From Thermoanaerobaculia bacterium (GTDB lineage Bacteria; Acidobacteriota; Thermoanaerobaculia; Gp7-AA8), in NCBI GenBank assembly GCA_035276365.1, contig DATELS010000659.1, forward strand, positions 1 through 32,162: 32,162 nt of DNA, read 5' to 3'. Positions 1 through 8,598 of this stretch are shown here, piece after piece. Each line of letters opens with the position of its first letter. Position 1 is the first letter of the stretch. Position numbers and translations under genes: made by a program. The notes below the pieces were generated by a model, which saw only the letters and a program-made list of their open reading frames with translations, did not search any database and was not told where the DNA came from.

Positions 1-323
1 TCGAACGCGAGATGCGCGCCGTTGTCGAAGTCGAAGACGATACGCGCGAACCGCGGTTCCTCGGTTTTGTCGCGGTAGTACGCGAGATCGCCGGTCATGC
101 CGAAGTGGAGGTGCAGCCACGTCGCACCCGCATCGGCGAAGAGATGCTTGCCATGCCGCCGCACGCTCTCGAAGGCATGCCCCTTCAACTTCCGCGCGAA
201 GGTCTCCTTGCGAATGTCGGAGAGGATGCGCTCATCGCGCACGTCCACCCGCGCCACGCGCTGATGCAACGCGTGACGTGCGAAATAACGCGCAAAGACT
301 TCGACTTCGGGGAGCTCAGGCAT
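1..323 (-). CDS. mutM: Formamidopyrimidine-DNA glycosylase (Fpg/Nei family), N-terminal part; the gene's 3' end lies outside the window
   Basis: Not in the ORF track because it is open at the window edge. Reverse-strand translation from the ATG at 323-321 reads MPELPEVEVFARYFARHALHQRVARVDVRDERIL...HLHFGMTGDL. This includes the N-terminal PELPEVE catalytic signature of Fpg. Confidence 0.8.
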   Translation of the reverse strand, partial: MPELPEVEVFARYFARHALHQRVARVDVRDERILSDIRKETFARKLKGHAFESVRRHGKHLFADAGATWLHLHFGMTGDLAYYRDKTEEPRFARIVFDFDNGAHLAF

Positions 324-394
324 GTGCGGGCGTTACAATCAGAGCGGCCGGCGAAAGCACCTCAGTCCGTGCGGGCGGCGGCGGTCGAGTAACC

Positions 395-2167
395 CTACCC
401 CTTCCCCCTCCCGATCCACGCGTCGATCCTCTTCTCCAGCTCCTGCAGCGGGAGCGCGCCGGCGCCGAGGACTTCGTCGTGGAAGGCGCGGATGTCGAAC
501 TTGTCGCCCAGCGCTTTCTGGGCGCGGTCGCGGAGCTCGAGGATCTTGAGTTGTCCCACCTTGTACGCGAGGGCCTGGCCGGGCCAGACGATGTAGCGGT
601 CCGTCTCCGCCTGGATCTCCACCTCGTCGATCGCCGAGTGGTCGCGGAAGTACTGCACCACCTGCTCGCGCGTCCACTTCTTCGAGTGCAGCCCCGTGTC
701 GACCACCAGGCGAATCGCGCGCAGCATCTCGTCGTTCAGGCGGCCGTAGTTGCTGTACGGATCCTGATAGAAGCCGAGCTCCTTGCCGAGGCGCTCCGAG
801 TAGAGCGCCCAGCCCTCGACGAACGCCGTGTAGCCGCCCTGCTGGCGGAACGGCGGCAGGTCCGTCAGCTCCTGTTGAATCGAGAGCTGCATGTGATGTC
901 CCGGCACGCCCTCGTGATACGCCGTCGACTCGTTCGACAGTGTCTTGCGCTTCGTCGCCTCGTACGTGTTCACGTAAACGCGTCCCGGACGCGATCCATC
1001 CGGCGATCCCGTCTCGTACGACGCGCCCGCCGCCTCCTTCTCGCGGAACGGCTGCACCGGCACGACCTCCAGCTTCGCCTTCGGCAGACGTCCGAAGAGG
1101 TCCGGCAGCTTCGCGTACATCTGCTCGATGAACTTGCGGTACTGCGCGAGGATGAACTCTCCCGACTTCGCCTTCAGATCCGGATTCGACTCGATCGATG
1201 CGTTGAACGTCTTCAGATCGCTGAAGCCGAGACTCTTCGCGACCGACAGCATCTCGCTCTCGATGCGCGCCACCTCGCGCAGTCCGATCTCGTGAATCTC
1301 CGCGGGCGTCATGTCCGTCGTCGTCTGCCAGCGCGCGTAGAACGCGTAACGCTCCTTGCCGTCGGGGAGCGACCAGATGCCGACGTCCGTGCGTCCCTTC
1401 GGCGCGTATTCGTCGCGCACGAACTTCGCGAAGCGTTGATACGCGGGGATGACATCGCGTTCGATCGACGCCTGCACTGCAGTGCGGATGCGCTGCTTCT
1501 CCGCGTCCGAAATGTCCTTCGGGAAATTCGTCAGCGGCTGGGCGAATGGCGACGCGTCCCCTTTCGCGTCCGCGATGCTCTGCGCCTGCTCCGCGACTTT
1601 CTGGAGGAGAAACTTCGGCGGCATGAGTCGCGACTTCATGCCGGTCCGCATATTGACGATCGTGTCGTCGAGTCCTTTGCCGAACTTGCCGAGGCGCACG
1701 ATGTAGTCGTCGTAGTCCTTCACCGTCGCGAACGGCAGCGCGGAGGGAAGCTGCGCGGTGCCGAGGTGAACGCCGCCCATCTGATTGACGGGCATCTGCC
1801 ACTGACGAAACTTCGCGGCCTCGAGACTCGTGCGGAGGTCGCGCACCATGAGATCGCGATTGAGCCGCTCCTGCTCCGTGAAGCCGCGCGTGTCGATTGC
1901 CTGGAAGCGCGCGAGGAACTTGCGCGTCATCGCCTCGTCCGCGTGCACCGCTTTCTCCGAGACGTCCGTCACTTCCGCGTTGTAGCGACGGTCGCCGAGG
2001 ATCGACGCGAACTCGGGATTCGTACGGAGCACATACTCCCACTGCTCGTGCAGCAGATCGCTCAGCGCCTTGCGGCGGCGATCGAGATCTTCCGCGGAGA
2101 GCTCCTGTGCGGCGAGGCTGCCGGCGAACGTGAGAAGAGTGAGCGCGGCGAAGGCGAGCTTCTTCAT
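395..2167 (-). CDS. DUF885 family secreted protein (metallopeptidase-like)
   Basis: 590-aa ORF with signal peptide MKKLAFAALTLLTFAGSLAAQ. Contains the DUF885-typical YHEGVPGHHMQ motif, and its length fits the family. Confidence 0.8.
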   Translation of the reverse strand: MKKLAFAALTLLTFAGSLAAQELSAEDLDRRRKALSDLLHEQWEYVLRTNPEFASILGDRRYNAEVTDVSEKAVHADEAMTRKFLARFQAIDTRGFTEQERLNRDLMVRDLRTSLEAAKFRQWQMPVNQMGGVHLGTAQLPSALPFATVKDYDDYIVRLGKFGKGLDDTIVNMRTGMKSRLMPPKFLLQKVAEQAQSIADAKGDASPFAQPLTNFPKDISDAEKQRIRTAVQASIERDVIPAYQRFAKFVRDEYAPKGRTDVGIWSLPDGKERYAFYARWQTTTDMTPAEIHEIGLREVARIESEMLSVAKSLGFSDLKTFNASIESNPDLKAKSGEFILAQYRKFIEQMYAKLPDLFGRLPKAKLEVVPVQPFREKEAAGASYETGSPDGSRPGRVYVNTYEATKRKTLSNESTAYHEGVPGHHMQLSIQQELTDLPPFRQQGGYTAFVEGWALYSERLGKELGFYQDPYSNYGRLNDEMLRAIRLVVDTGLHSKKWTREQVVQYFRDHSAIDEVEIQAETDRYIVWPGQALAYKVGQLKILELRDRAQKALGDKFDIRAFHDEVLGAGALPLQELEKRIDAWIGRGKG

Positions 2168-2223
2168 GACGCGAAGTCTATGCAGAAAGCGGGTTCCACA
2201 TTTGCAACAGAACCGCTACTGCC

Positions 2224-2607
2224 GTGCCCGCAACGACGCCGACGCGCCGCGCCCTGGTGGTCGAAGACGATCCCGCGATCAGCAAGCTCGTTCAGAAGCT
2301 GCTCGCGCGGAGAGCGTTTGAGATCGACGTCGCGCACGACGGGCGCACCGCGGTCGAGCGTCTCGACAACACGAAATACTCGGTCATCGTCCTCGACCTC
2401 ATGGTGCCCGGCGTCGACGGTTTCGCCATCATCGACTATGTGAAAGAGCGCGATCTGCGCGTGCCGGTCGCGGTCGTCTCCGCCGTCTCGCAGCAGGCGC
2501 TGACGCGGCTCGATCTCGACGTCGTGAAAGTCGTGATCTCGAAGCCGTTCGACGTCGATGAGTTCACCAAAGCAATCGTGACGTTGTGCGAAGACGACGC
2601 GTCATGA
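2224..2607 (+). CDS. Single-domain response regulator (CheY-like receiver)
   Basis: ALVVEDDP...VIVLDLMVPGVDG...ISKPFDVDEF shows the canonical receiver motifs (DD pair, phospho-Asp context, KPF). Confidence 0.85.
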   Translation: MPATTPTRRALVVEDDPAISKLVQKLLARRAFEIDVAHDGRTAVERLDNTKYSVIVLDLMVPGVDGFAIIDYVKERDLRVPVAVVSAVSQQALTRLDLDVVKVVISKPFDVDEFTKAIVTLCEDDAS

Positions 2608-2616
2608 ACAGGCTTT

Positions 2617-2630
2617 CGTTTTGCAAAACG
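2617..2630. promoter_or_regulatory. Perfect 14-bp palindrome CGTTTTGCAAAACG; candidate operator site
   Basis: Seen directly. It is AT-rich against a GC-rich background, lies 10 nt after the receiver gene stop and 20 nt before the small-ORF ATG, and has no spacer. Confidence 0.3.
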
Positions 2631-2649
2631 TTGCACGGAGACTGACCTC

Positions 2650-2829
2650 ATGACCGCACCGCTCGAGCTCGTCGAGTGCACGCACTGCCAATCGTTCTTC
2701 GCCGCCGCGTCGTCCGAGGAAGTGTTCTGCCACGCGACGAAGCGGTGCCGCCGCGAGAAGGTTGCGTCACCAAACGATTACCGCCGCGACACGTCGACGC
2801 CTCCCCGGCGTGCGATCATCCGCGGATGA
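2650..2829 (+). CDS. Small (59 aa) Cys4 zinc-ribbon-like protein, below the ORF-track cutoff
   Basis: ATG at 2650 is preceded by GGAG at 2637-2640. Product is MTAPLELVECTHCQSFFAAASSEEVFCHATKRCRREK... with a CxxC-x13-C-x5-C pattern (FCS/TRASH/CGNR-like). Third codon positions are strongly G/C. The stop overlaps the DUF2911 ATG as ATGA. Confidence 0.4.
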   Translation: MTAPLELVECTHCQSFFAAASSEEVFCHATKRCRREKVASPNDYRRDTSTPPRRAIIRG

Positions 2830-3341
2830 AGAAACTCCTCCCTCTGCTTTTGCTGTCCGCCGTCGTTGTATCCGCACAGGAAGCGAAGAAGCCGCTCAGC
2901 CCGCCCGCGAAGACCGTGGCGACGATCGGCGGAAAGAAAATCACCATCGATTACAGCGCGCCCTCGAAGCGCGGACGCGCGATCATGGGCGGCCTCGTGC
3001 CGTTCGACCAGGTCTGGCGCACCGGCGCCAACGCGGCGGCGACCCTCGTGACCGAGGGCGACATCATGCTCGGAACGGTGCATGTGCCGGCCGGCACGTA
3101 CACGCTCTACACGCTGCCGGGCGCAAAAGCGTGGACGCTCATCGTCAACAAGCAGACCGGCCAATGGGGCACGAACTACGACGAGTCGCAGGACCTCGGC
3201 CGCGTGAAGATGACGCTCGCGAAGACCGACGCTCCCGTCGAGACGTTCGTCATCGGCATCGAGTCGAAGTCGCCGAAGAGCGGCCTGCTCACGCTGACGT
3301 GGGAGAACACGCAGGCGAGCGTGCCCATCATTTCTCACTGA
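2826..3341 (+). CDS. DUF2911 family secreted protein
   Basis: Signal peptide MKKLLPLLLLSAVVVSAQ, then the family-typical GRAIMGGLVPFDQVWRTGANAAATL...AGTYTLYTLP. The track ORF starts at 2676, but the ATG at 2826 gives the signal peptide. Confidence 0.8.
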   Translation: MKKLLPLLLLSAVVVSAQEAKKPLSPPAKTVATIGGKKITIDYSAPSKRGRAIMGGLVPFDQVWRTGANAAATLVTEGDIMLGTVHVPAGTYTLYTLPGAKAWTLIVNKQTGQWGTNYDESQDLGRVKMTLAKTDAPVETFVIGIESKSPKSGLLTLTWENTQASVPIISH

Positions 3342-3378
3342 CCTGTATTTTTCGGTGCGCGTCGTGTGACTTCCTCAC

Positions 3379-5277
3379 GTGGAGAACACGACGCGCTTTC
3401 TGCGGCAGGCGGGCGCCTTCGGGCGCCGTCGCGCCCTGTCGGCGCTGAGCCACGACATCGTCTGCGAGCACGATCTCAACGGGCGGATCCTGCACGTGAA
3501 TGCCGCCGCGGCTCGCGCGATCGAGTACCGCGCGGCCGAGCTGCGCACGATGAACGTGCGCGACGTCCTCCATCCGGCCGCGCGCGGCGACTTCGAGATC
3601 TACCTGCGCACGCTCGAGGCGGAAGGAACCGCCGAAGGATTGATGGTCGTGCGGACGCGCTCCGGCCAGCGGCGCATCTGGCAGTACCGCAAGGCGCTGC
3701 GCCGCACGCGCGCGAACCGTTCCGTCGTGCTCGCGCTCGCGCATGACGTCACCGAGCGGGAGAACGCGCTCGACGCGCTGCGCCGGAGCGAGCGCCACTT
3801 CCGCACGATCATCGAGTCGGCGTCGGACATGATCCTGATCGTCGAGCCGGTCGGCGACATCACCTACCACAGTCCCGCCACCGAACGCCTCCTCGGCTAC
3901 TCCGCGGAGGAAATCGACGGCCGTCATTTCACGACGTTCGTGCACGCCGATGACGAGCCGCGCATCCGGGACTTCTTCCGCACGCTCGCGGACGAGTCGC
4001 CGTCGCTCGACGTGCGCATCCGGCATCGCGACGGCTCATGGCGCTGGTTCTCCGTCGTCGCGAGCACGGTGCGCAAACCGGGAGGCGTGAGCGCGCTCGT
4101 GGTGAATGGACGCGACATCACGGACCGCCGCCTCCTCGAAGCCCAGCTCGAGCAAGCCAAACGGCTCACCTCCCTCGGCCACCTCACCGCGACGGTCGCG
4201 CACGAGTTCAACAACGTGCTGATGGGCATGCAGCCGTTCGCGGACTTGATGCAGCGGCCGGGCGTGTCGCCGGAACTCGTCGCGAAAGGCGCGACACACA
4301 TCGCGAACTCGATCGCGCGCGGGAAGCGCGTCGCACTCGACATGCTCCGCTTCACGCGTCCCGCGCAACCGGCGACGGCGCCGCTGTCGCTCGACGAGTG
4401 GTGGACCTCGCTGCGCGCCGAGTTGCAAGCGACCCTCGGATCGCGCATCACGTTGACGTCGTCATTCGGCGAGCCGCTGACCGTGCTCGCCGATGGCGGA
4501 CAAATCGCGCAAGTGCTGTCGAACCTCGTGTCGAACGCGCGTGACGCAATGCCGCACGGCGGTACGGTGTCGGTGTGCACGCGTCATCCATCGCCGGGCG
4601 AGTCGTTCGCGTTTGGCGTCGTGCCGAATCCCGAGAACTTCGCGCAGATCAGCATCACCGACACCGGCTGCGGGATGGCCGAGGATGTGTTGCGCCACGC
4701 GTTCGATCCGCTGTTCACGACGAAGCAGATCGGCGGCACGGGACTCGGGCTCGCGGTCGCGCATCAGGTGATGGCGAAGCACAACGGCTATGTGTTCGCG
4801 GAGAGCGAGCCGGGACTCGGCACGACGTTTCATCTCTTTCTGCCGCTCGTCGCGCGCGTCGAGGAAGCGGCGACGCGTGAGGACGCGCAGCCGATGCTGC
4901 GCACGAAGCGCGTGCTCGTCGTCGACGACGAGACGCTGATCGGCGAGGGACTGGCGGAGGCGCTGCGTGACTGCGGCATCGAGGCGACCGCGGTGCCGAC
5001 GGGCGGCGAAGCCGTCGATGCCGCGCGAAGCATGCGCGCCGAGGCGGCGGTCGTCGACATCTGGCTGCCCGACATCGATGGGATCGAAGTGGGCATGCGT
5101 CTTCGCGCGTTCGATCCCACGCTGAAGATCGTGTTCGCGAGCGGCCACGGAAGCGCGTCGCACGCGCTCGAACGCTGCGCGCCCGCGACGTTCCTGCAGA
5201 AGCCTTTCGCGATTCATGAACTGCTGAACGCGATCAGCTCGCTGGAGAACGACAATCCGACACCTGTCCAGGAATAG
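3379..5277 (+). CDS. Hybrid sensor histidine kinase (PAS-PAS-HisKA-HATPase_c-receiver)
   Basis: Two PAS-like regions; H-box ATVAHEFNNVLMGM; N/G boxes NLVSNARDAM, DTGCGM and GGTGLGLA; C-terminal receiver RVLVVDDE...VVDIWLPDIDG. Confidence 0.9.
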   Translation: MENTTRFLRQAGAFGRRRALSALSHDIVCEHDLNGRILHVNAAAARAIEYRAAELRTMNVRDVLHPAARGDFEIYLRTLEAEGTAEGLMVVRTRSGQRRIWQYRKALRRTRANRSVVLALAHDVTERENALDALRRSERHFRTIIESASDMILIVEPVGDITYHSPATERLLGYSAEEIDGRHFTTFVHADDEPRIRDFFRTLADESPSLDVRIRHRDGSWRWFSVVASTVRKPGGVSALVVNGRDITDRRLLEAQLEQAKRLTSLGHLTATVAHEFNNVLMGMQPFADLMQRPGVSPELVAKGATHIANSIARGKRVALDMLRFTRPAQPATAPLSLDEWWTSLRAELQATLGSRITLTSSFGEPLTVLADGGQIAQVLSNLVSNARDAMPHGGTVSVCTRHPSPGESFAFGVVPNPENFAQISITDTGCGMAEDVLRHAFDPLFTTKQIGGTGLGLAVAHQVMAKHNGYVFAESEPGLGTTFHLFLPLVARVEEAATREDAQPMLRTKRVLVVDDETLIGEGLAEALRDCGIEATAVPTGGEAVDAARSMRAEAAVVDIWLPDIDGIEVGMRLRAFDPTLKIVFASGHGSASHALERCAPATFLQKPFAIHELLNAISSLENDNPTPVQE

Positions 5278-5376
5278 GACGGATCACTGGCGGACTCGAA
5301 AATACGCAAGTCATTGAAATCATGACACTTGCGCGAATCTACATCATGGCAGCCGCCTTGCGCTTCAGGTCGCCCG

Positions 5377-6231
5377 ATGAGAAAACGCATTCTGGTCGTA
5401 GATGACGAAACGGCGATCGTCGAGGGCGTCTCGCTGCTGCTCGACTTCGAAGACATCGAGAATGCCGCGGCGACGGATCGCGACGGCGCGGTGTCGATCC
5501 TCTCGGAGATGTTTTTCCCCGTCGTGATCACGGACCTCTGTCTACGCACGGTAGATGAGGGGCTCGGGCTCATCGACGACGTGATGCGACTGAGTCCGAA
5601 CACGAAGGTGATGGTGCTCAGCGGCTACGTCGACGCGAAGATCGAGGACGAGTTGATGCAGCGCGGCGTGTCCGCGGTGATTCACAAGCCGGCGCCGAGC
5701 GACGAGTTCCTCGCCGCGGTGCACGAGCTGCTCGAGGAGATCGAAGAGGAAGCGCAGAAAAGCGACCGCGATCTCGAACAGCTCTACCTCACCGCGCGGC
5801 GGAAGCTGATGTCGATTCCGCAGAAGCGCTTCGGACTCTCGCCCGATCGCGCGGAGGATGTGCTGCAGGAGGCGTGGCTGCTGTTCCTCGAGAAGCGCGG
5901 TTTCATCCGCTCCGCGACGGCGTGGCTCGCGGGCGCGGTCGTGAATCTGTCACGACAACATCTCGATCAATGCACGCGGCGACGCGAGTCGCTCGAGCCG
6001 GACGAGACGCTGGAGCTGTTGTTGGACGACGCGAACGATCCGCGCGACACGATCGCGGTGCGTCAGGCGCTGGCGAGCATCGACGATCGCGCGCGCACGC
6101 TCTGCGCGCTCATCGGCATGGAAGGTCTGTCGTACGACGAAGTGAGCGAGTTGACGGGGATGCCGCTGGGCTCGATCGGCCCGCTGTACATCCGCGCGAA
6201 GAAGAAACTGAAGCAGGCGTTGGAGCACTAA
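5377..6231 (+). CDS. Receiver domain fused to an ECF-type sigma-70 domain (REC-sigma2-sigma4)
   Basis: N-terminal receiver: RILVVDDE...VVITDLCL...HKP. C-terminal region-2-like AEDVLQEAWLLFLEK...AWLAGAVVNLSRQHL and region-4 HTH LSYDEVSELTGMPLGSIGPLYIRAKKKL. The ATG at 5377 is preferred over the track start at 5329. Confidence 0.75.
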   Translation: MRKRILVVDDETAIVEGVSLLLDFEDIENAAATDRDGAVSILSEMFFPVVITDLCLRTVDEGLGLIDDVMRLSPNTKVMVLSGYVDAKIEDELMQRGVSAVIHKPAPSDEFLAAVHELLEEIEEEAQKSDRDLEQLYLTARRKLMSIPQKRFGLSPDRAEDVLQEAWLLFLEKRGFIRSATAWLAGAVVNLSRQHLDQCTRRRESLEPDETLELLLDDANDPRDTIAVRQALASIDDRARTLCALIGMEGLSYDEVSELTGMPLGSIGPLYIRAKKKLKQALEH

Positions 6232-6241
6232 CGCCCAACGC

Positions 6242-8551
6242 CTACTTGATCGCGATCGCCCTCGCCTGCTTGATGTCCGTCACGCCTTTGAACGCCTTCT
6301 CGACCGCGTCCTGCATCAGCGTGCGCATGCCCTGCTGCATCGCCAGCTTGCGGAGCTGATCGATCGGCGCGCGGCTCTGCACCGCGCGCTTCAACTCGTC
6401 CGAGCCGGTCAACAGCTCGTGCACGCCCATGCGGCCTTTGTAGCCCGTGTTCATGCATGCGGAGCAACCCTTCGGACGATAGAGCGTGAGCTCCGGCGAG
6501 TACGTGATGCCGGTGCCCGGCCAGTAGTCGTAGCCGTATGCCTCGATGATCTCCTCGAACTCCTCCGGCGTCGGGTGATAGCCCTCTTTGCATTTCACGC
6601 AGAGCACGCGGATGAGGCGCTGCGCCATGATGCCGAGGAGCGCGTCGGCGAAGTTGAAGGGATCGATGTTCATGTCGAGGAGACGCGTGATTGTCTCCGG
6701 CGCCGAGTTCGTGTGCAGCGTCGAGAAGACGAGGTGACCGGTGAGCGACGCCTCGATGCCGATCGCCGCCGTCTCGTGATCGCGCATTTCGCCGACCATG
6801 ATCACGTCCGGATCGGCGCGCAGGAACGAGCGCATCGCCGCGGCGAACGTGAAGTCGATCTTCGGCTGCACCTGCACCTGGCGCAGACCCTTCTGCGTGA
6901 TTTCGACCGGGTCCTCCGCCGTCCAGATCTTCATGTCCTCGGTGTTGATGAAGCCGAGCGCGGAGTGCAGCGTCGTCGTCTTGCCCGAGCCGGTCGGACC
7001 GACGACGAGACAGATGCCGTACGGCTTGGAGAGGATTTCCTTGAAGCGCGTGAGATTGCGCTCGCTGAAGCCCATCTTGTCGAGCGGCAGCGGCTTCGAC
7101 GCCGCGAGGATGCGCATGACGATGTCTTCATTCGAGTTCGTCGTCGGGATCGTGGCGACGCGCAGCTCGATCGTCCCCTTCGAATACTTGAAGCGGATCT
7201 TTCCGTCCTGCGGTTTGCGGCGCTCGGAGATGTCGAGCTTGGCCATGATCTTCAGGCGCTGCACGAGCGCGTTGCGGTGCGCGCCCGGGACTTCCATGAA
7301 CTTCTGGCAGTCGCCGTCGATGCGGATGCGGATCGTGCACGGATTGCGCGGACCGTCCGGCTCGACGTGAATGTCCGACGCGCCGCGCGCGGCCGCCTCG
7401 ATGATGAGCTGATTCGCGAGCTTGACGATGCCCGAGTCGGTCTCGTCGATCTCCGGCTCGGCGGACGGGATGTCTTCCTCTTCGACTTTTTCGCCTTCGC
7501 CGAGGGAGTCGAGGATCTTCGCCCAGTCCGCGGAGTCGGGACCGGATTCCGTCTCGAGCTTCTCACCGTACGACGCCGCGATGTACGCGAGGATGTCCTG
7601 CTTCATCGCCACCTGAAAGTCGTAGCGCGGCGCGAGGTTCATCGCGCGGATGCCGTCGAGGCGCGTCAGGTCCTGCGGGTCTTCGACTGCGACGACGAGC
7701 AGTCCCGGACGGCGTTCGACCGGCGCGGCGCCGTGCTTCTTCCAGATGTCCGCGGCGACGCGCTCTTTCAGATCGCCGGGGATGACCTGCGTGCCGTCGT
7801 AGTTGAACCACTGCGAGGAGTAGTACGTCGACAGCGAGCGGCCGATCTCTTCGCGCGGCACGTTGAAGTCCTCGATGAGGACTTTCTCGACCGTCGCGTT
7901 GTTCATGCGCGCGCTGCTCACGGCCTGCTCGAGGTCTTTCTCCGAGACGATGCCTTTGTCGATGAGGAGTCCGAACTTCGAGGGCTTGCTCTGCCGCGTG
8001 ACGCGGTGCTGGTTGTAAAAGGCGATGCCGAGGATGCGCGCGATCTCTTCGGCCGCGTCCTCGTCCTGCGCCGTGAACGCCGTGCCGTTCTTTTTGTTGA
8101 TGAGCTGCACGACGCCGAGGAGGTACTTCTCGAACATGATCGGAACGGCGAGGACGGCTTTCGTGCGAAAGCCCGTCTGCTTGTCCCAGCGCTGATCGAA
8201 GCGCAGGTTCGCGTGGAAGCGCTGCAGCTCGGCCGCGTCATACGCGTCTTTGATGTTGATGGTCTTCCGCGCGAGCGCGGTGAAGCCGGCGATGGAGGCG
8301 AACGACTTCGGGACGCGGATCTCTTTCGGCACGTCGCCGATTTTCTGGAGCGAGTAGAGCTCCTGGTTCTTCGTGTCAATGGCGTAGATGGTCAGCCGCT
8401 CGGCCTCGAGGAGCTCGAGGATCTTGTCCTTGAGCGTCATGAGGATGTGCGGAATCGACTCCGCGGCGTTGATCTGATTCGTGATCGGAGTGAGCTTCTT
8501 CCGGAACTCGAGCTCCCTCTCCATCGAAGACGGCGCGGCCTGAACGGTCAT
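6242..8551 (-). CDS. GspE/PilB-family secretion ATPase with N-terminal GAF domain
   Basis: GAF-like N-terminus (about aa 30-180), then a T2SSE_N region. Walker A is GPTGSGKTT, with Asp/His boxes and C-terminal tetracysteine CVKC...CSAC. Confidence 0.85.
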   Translation of the reverse strand: MTVQAAPSSMERELEFRKKLTPITNQINAAESIPHILMTLKDKILELLEAERLTIYAIDTKNQELYSLQKIGDVPKEIRVPKSFASIAGFTALARKTINIKDAYDAAELQRFHANLRFDQRWDKQTGFRTKAVLAVPIMFEKYLLGVVQLINKKNGTAFTAQDEDAAEEIARILGIAFYNQHRVTRQSKPSKFGLLIDKGIVSEKDLEQAVSSARMNNATVEKVLIEDFNVPREEIGRSLSTYYSSQWFNYDGTQVIPGDLKERVAADIWKKHGAAPVERRPGLLVVAVEDPQDLTRLDGIRAMNLAPRYDFQVAMKQDILAYIAASYGEKLETESGPDSADWAKILDSLGEGEKVEEEDIPSAEPEIDETDSGIVKLANQLIIEAAARGASDIHVEPDGPRNPCTIRIRIDGDCQKFMEVPGAHRNALVQRLKIMAKLDISERRKPQDGKIRFKYSKGTIELRVATIPTTNSNEDIVMRILAASKPLPLDKMGFSERNLTRFKEILSKPYGICLVVGPTGSGKTTTLHSALGFINTEDMKIWTAEDPVEITQKGLRQVQVQPKIDFTFAAAMRSFLRADPDVIMVGEMRDHETAAIGIEASLTGHLVFSTLHTNSAPETITRLLDMNIDPFNFADALLGIMAQRLIRVLCVKCKEGYHPTPEEFEEIIEAYGYDYWPGTGITYSPELTLYRPKGCSACMNTGYKGRMGVHELLTGSDELKRAVQSRAPIDQLRKLAMQQGMRTLMQDAVEKAFKGVTDIKQARAIAIK

Positions 8552-8598
8552 TGGACGATTCTCCGTAAAGTGCGGAAAAGAATAGCAGACGCGGCGAA

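Noticed and set aside
278-2443. 721-aa plus-strand ORF and other ORFs overlapping the DUF885 gene (339-2042 minus strand in another frame, and similar)
   Set aside because: Their Arg/Leu/Ala-rich low-complexity translations are typical of non-coding frames in high-G+C DNA. The 395-2167 minus-strand frame has a signal peptide and family motifs.
2676-2825. Upstream 50-aa extension of the DUF2911 ORF
   Set aside because: The extension is basic and lacks a signal sequence, whereas the ATG at 2826 gives a canonical signal peptide. The region is better explained by the small Zn-ribbon ORF in another frame.
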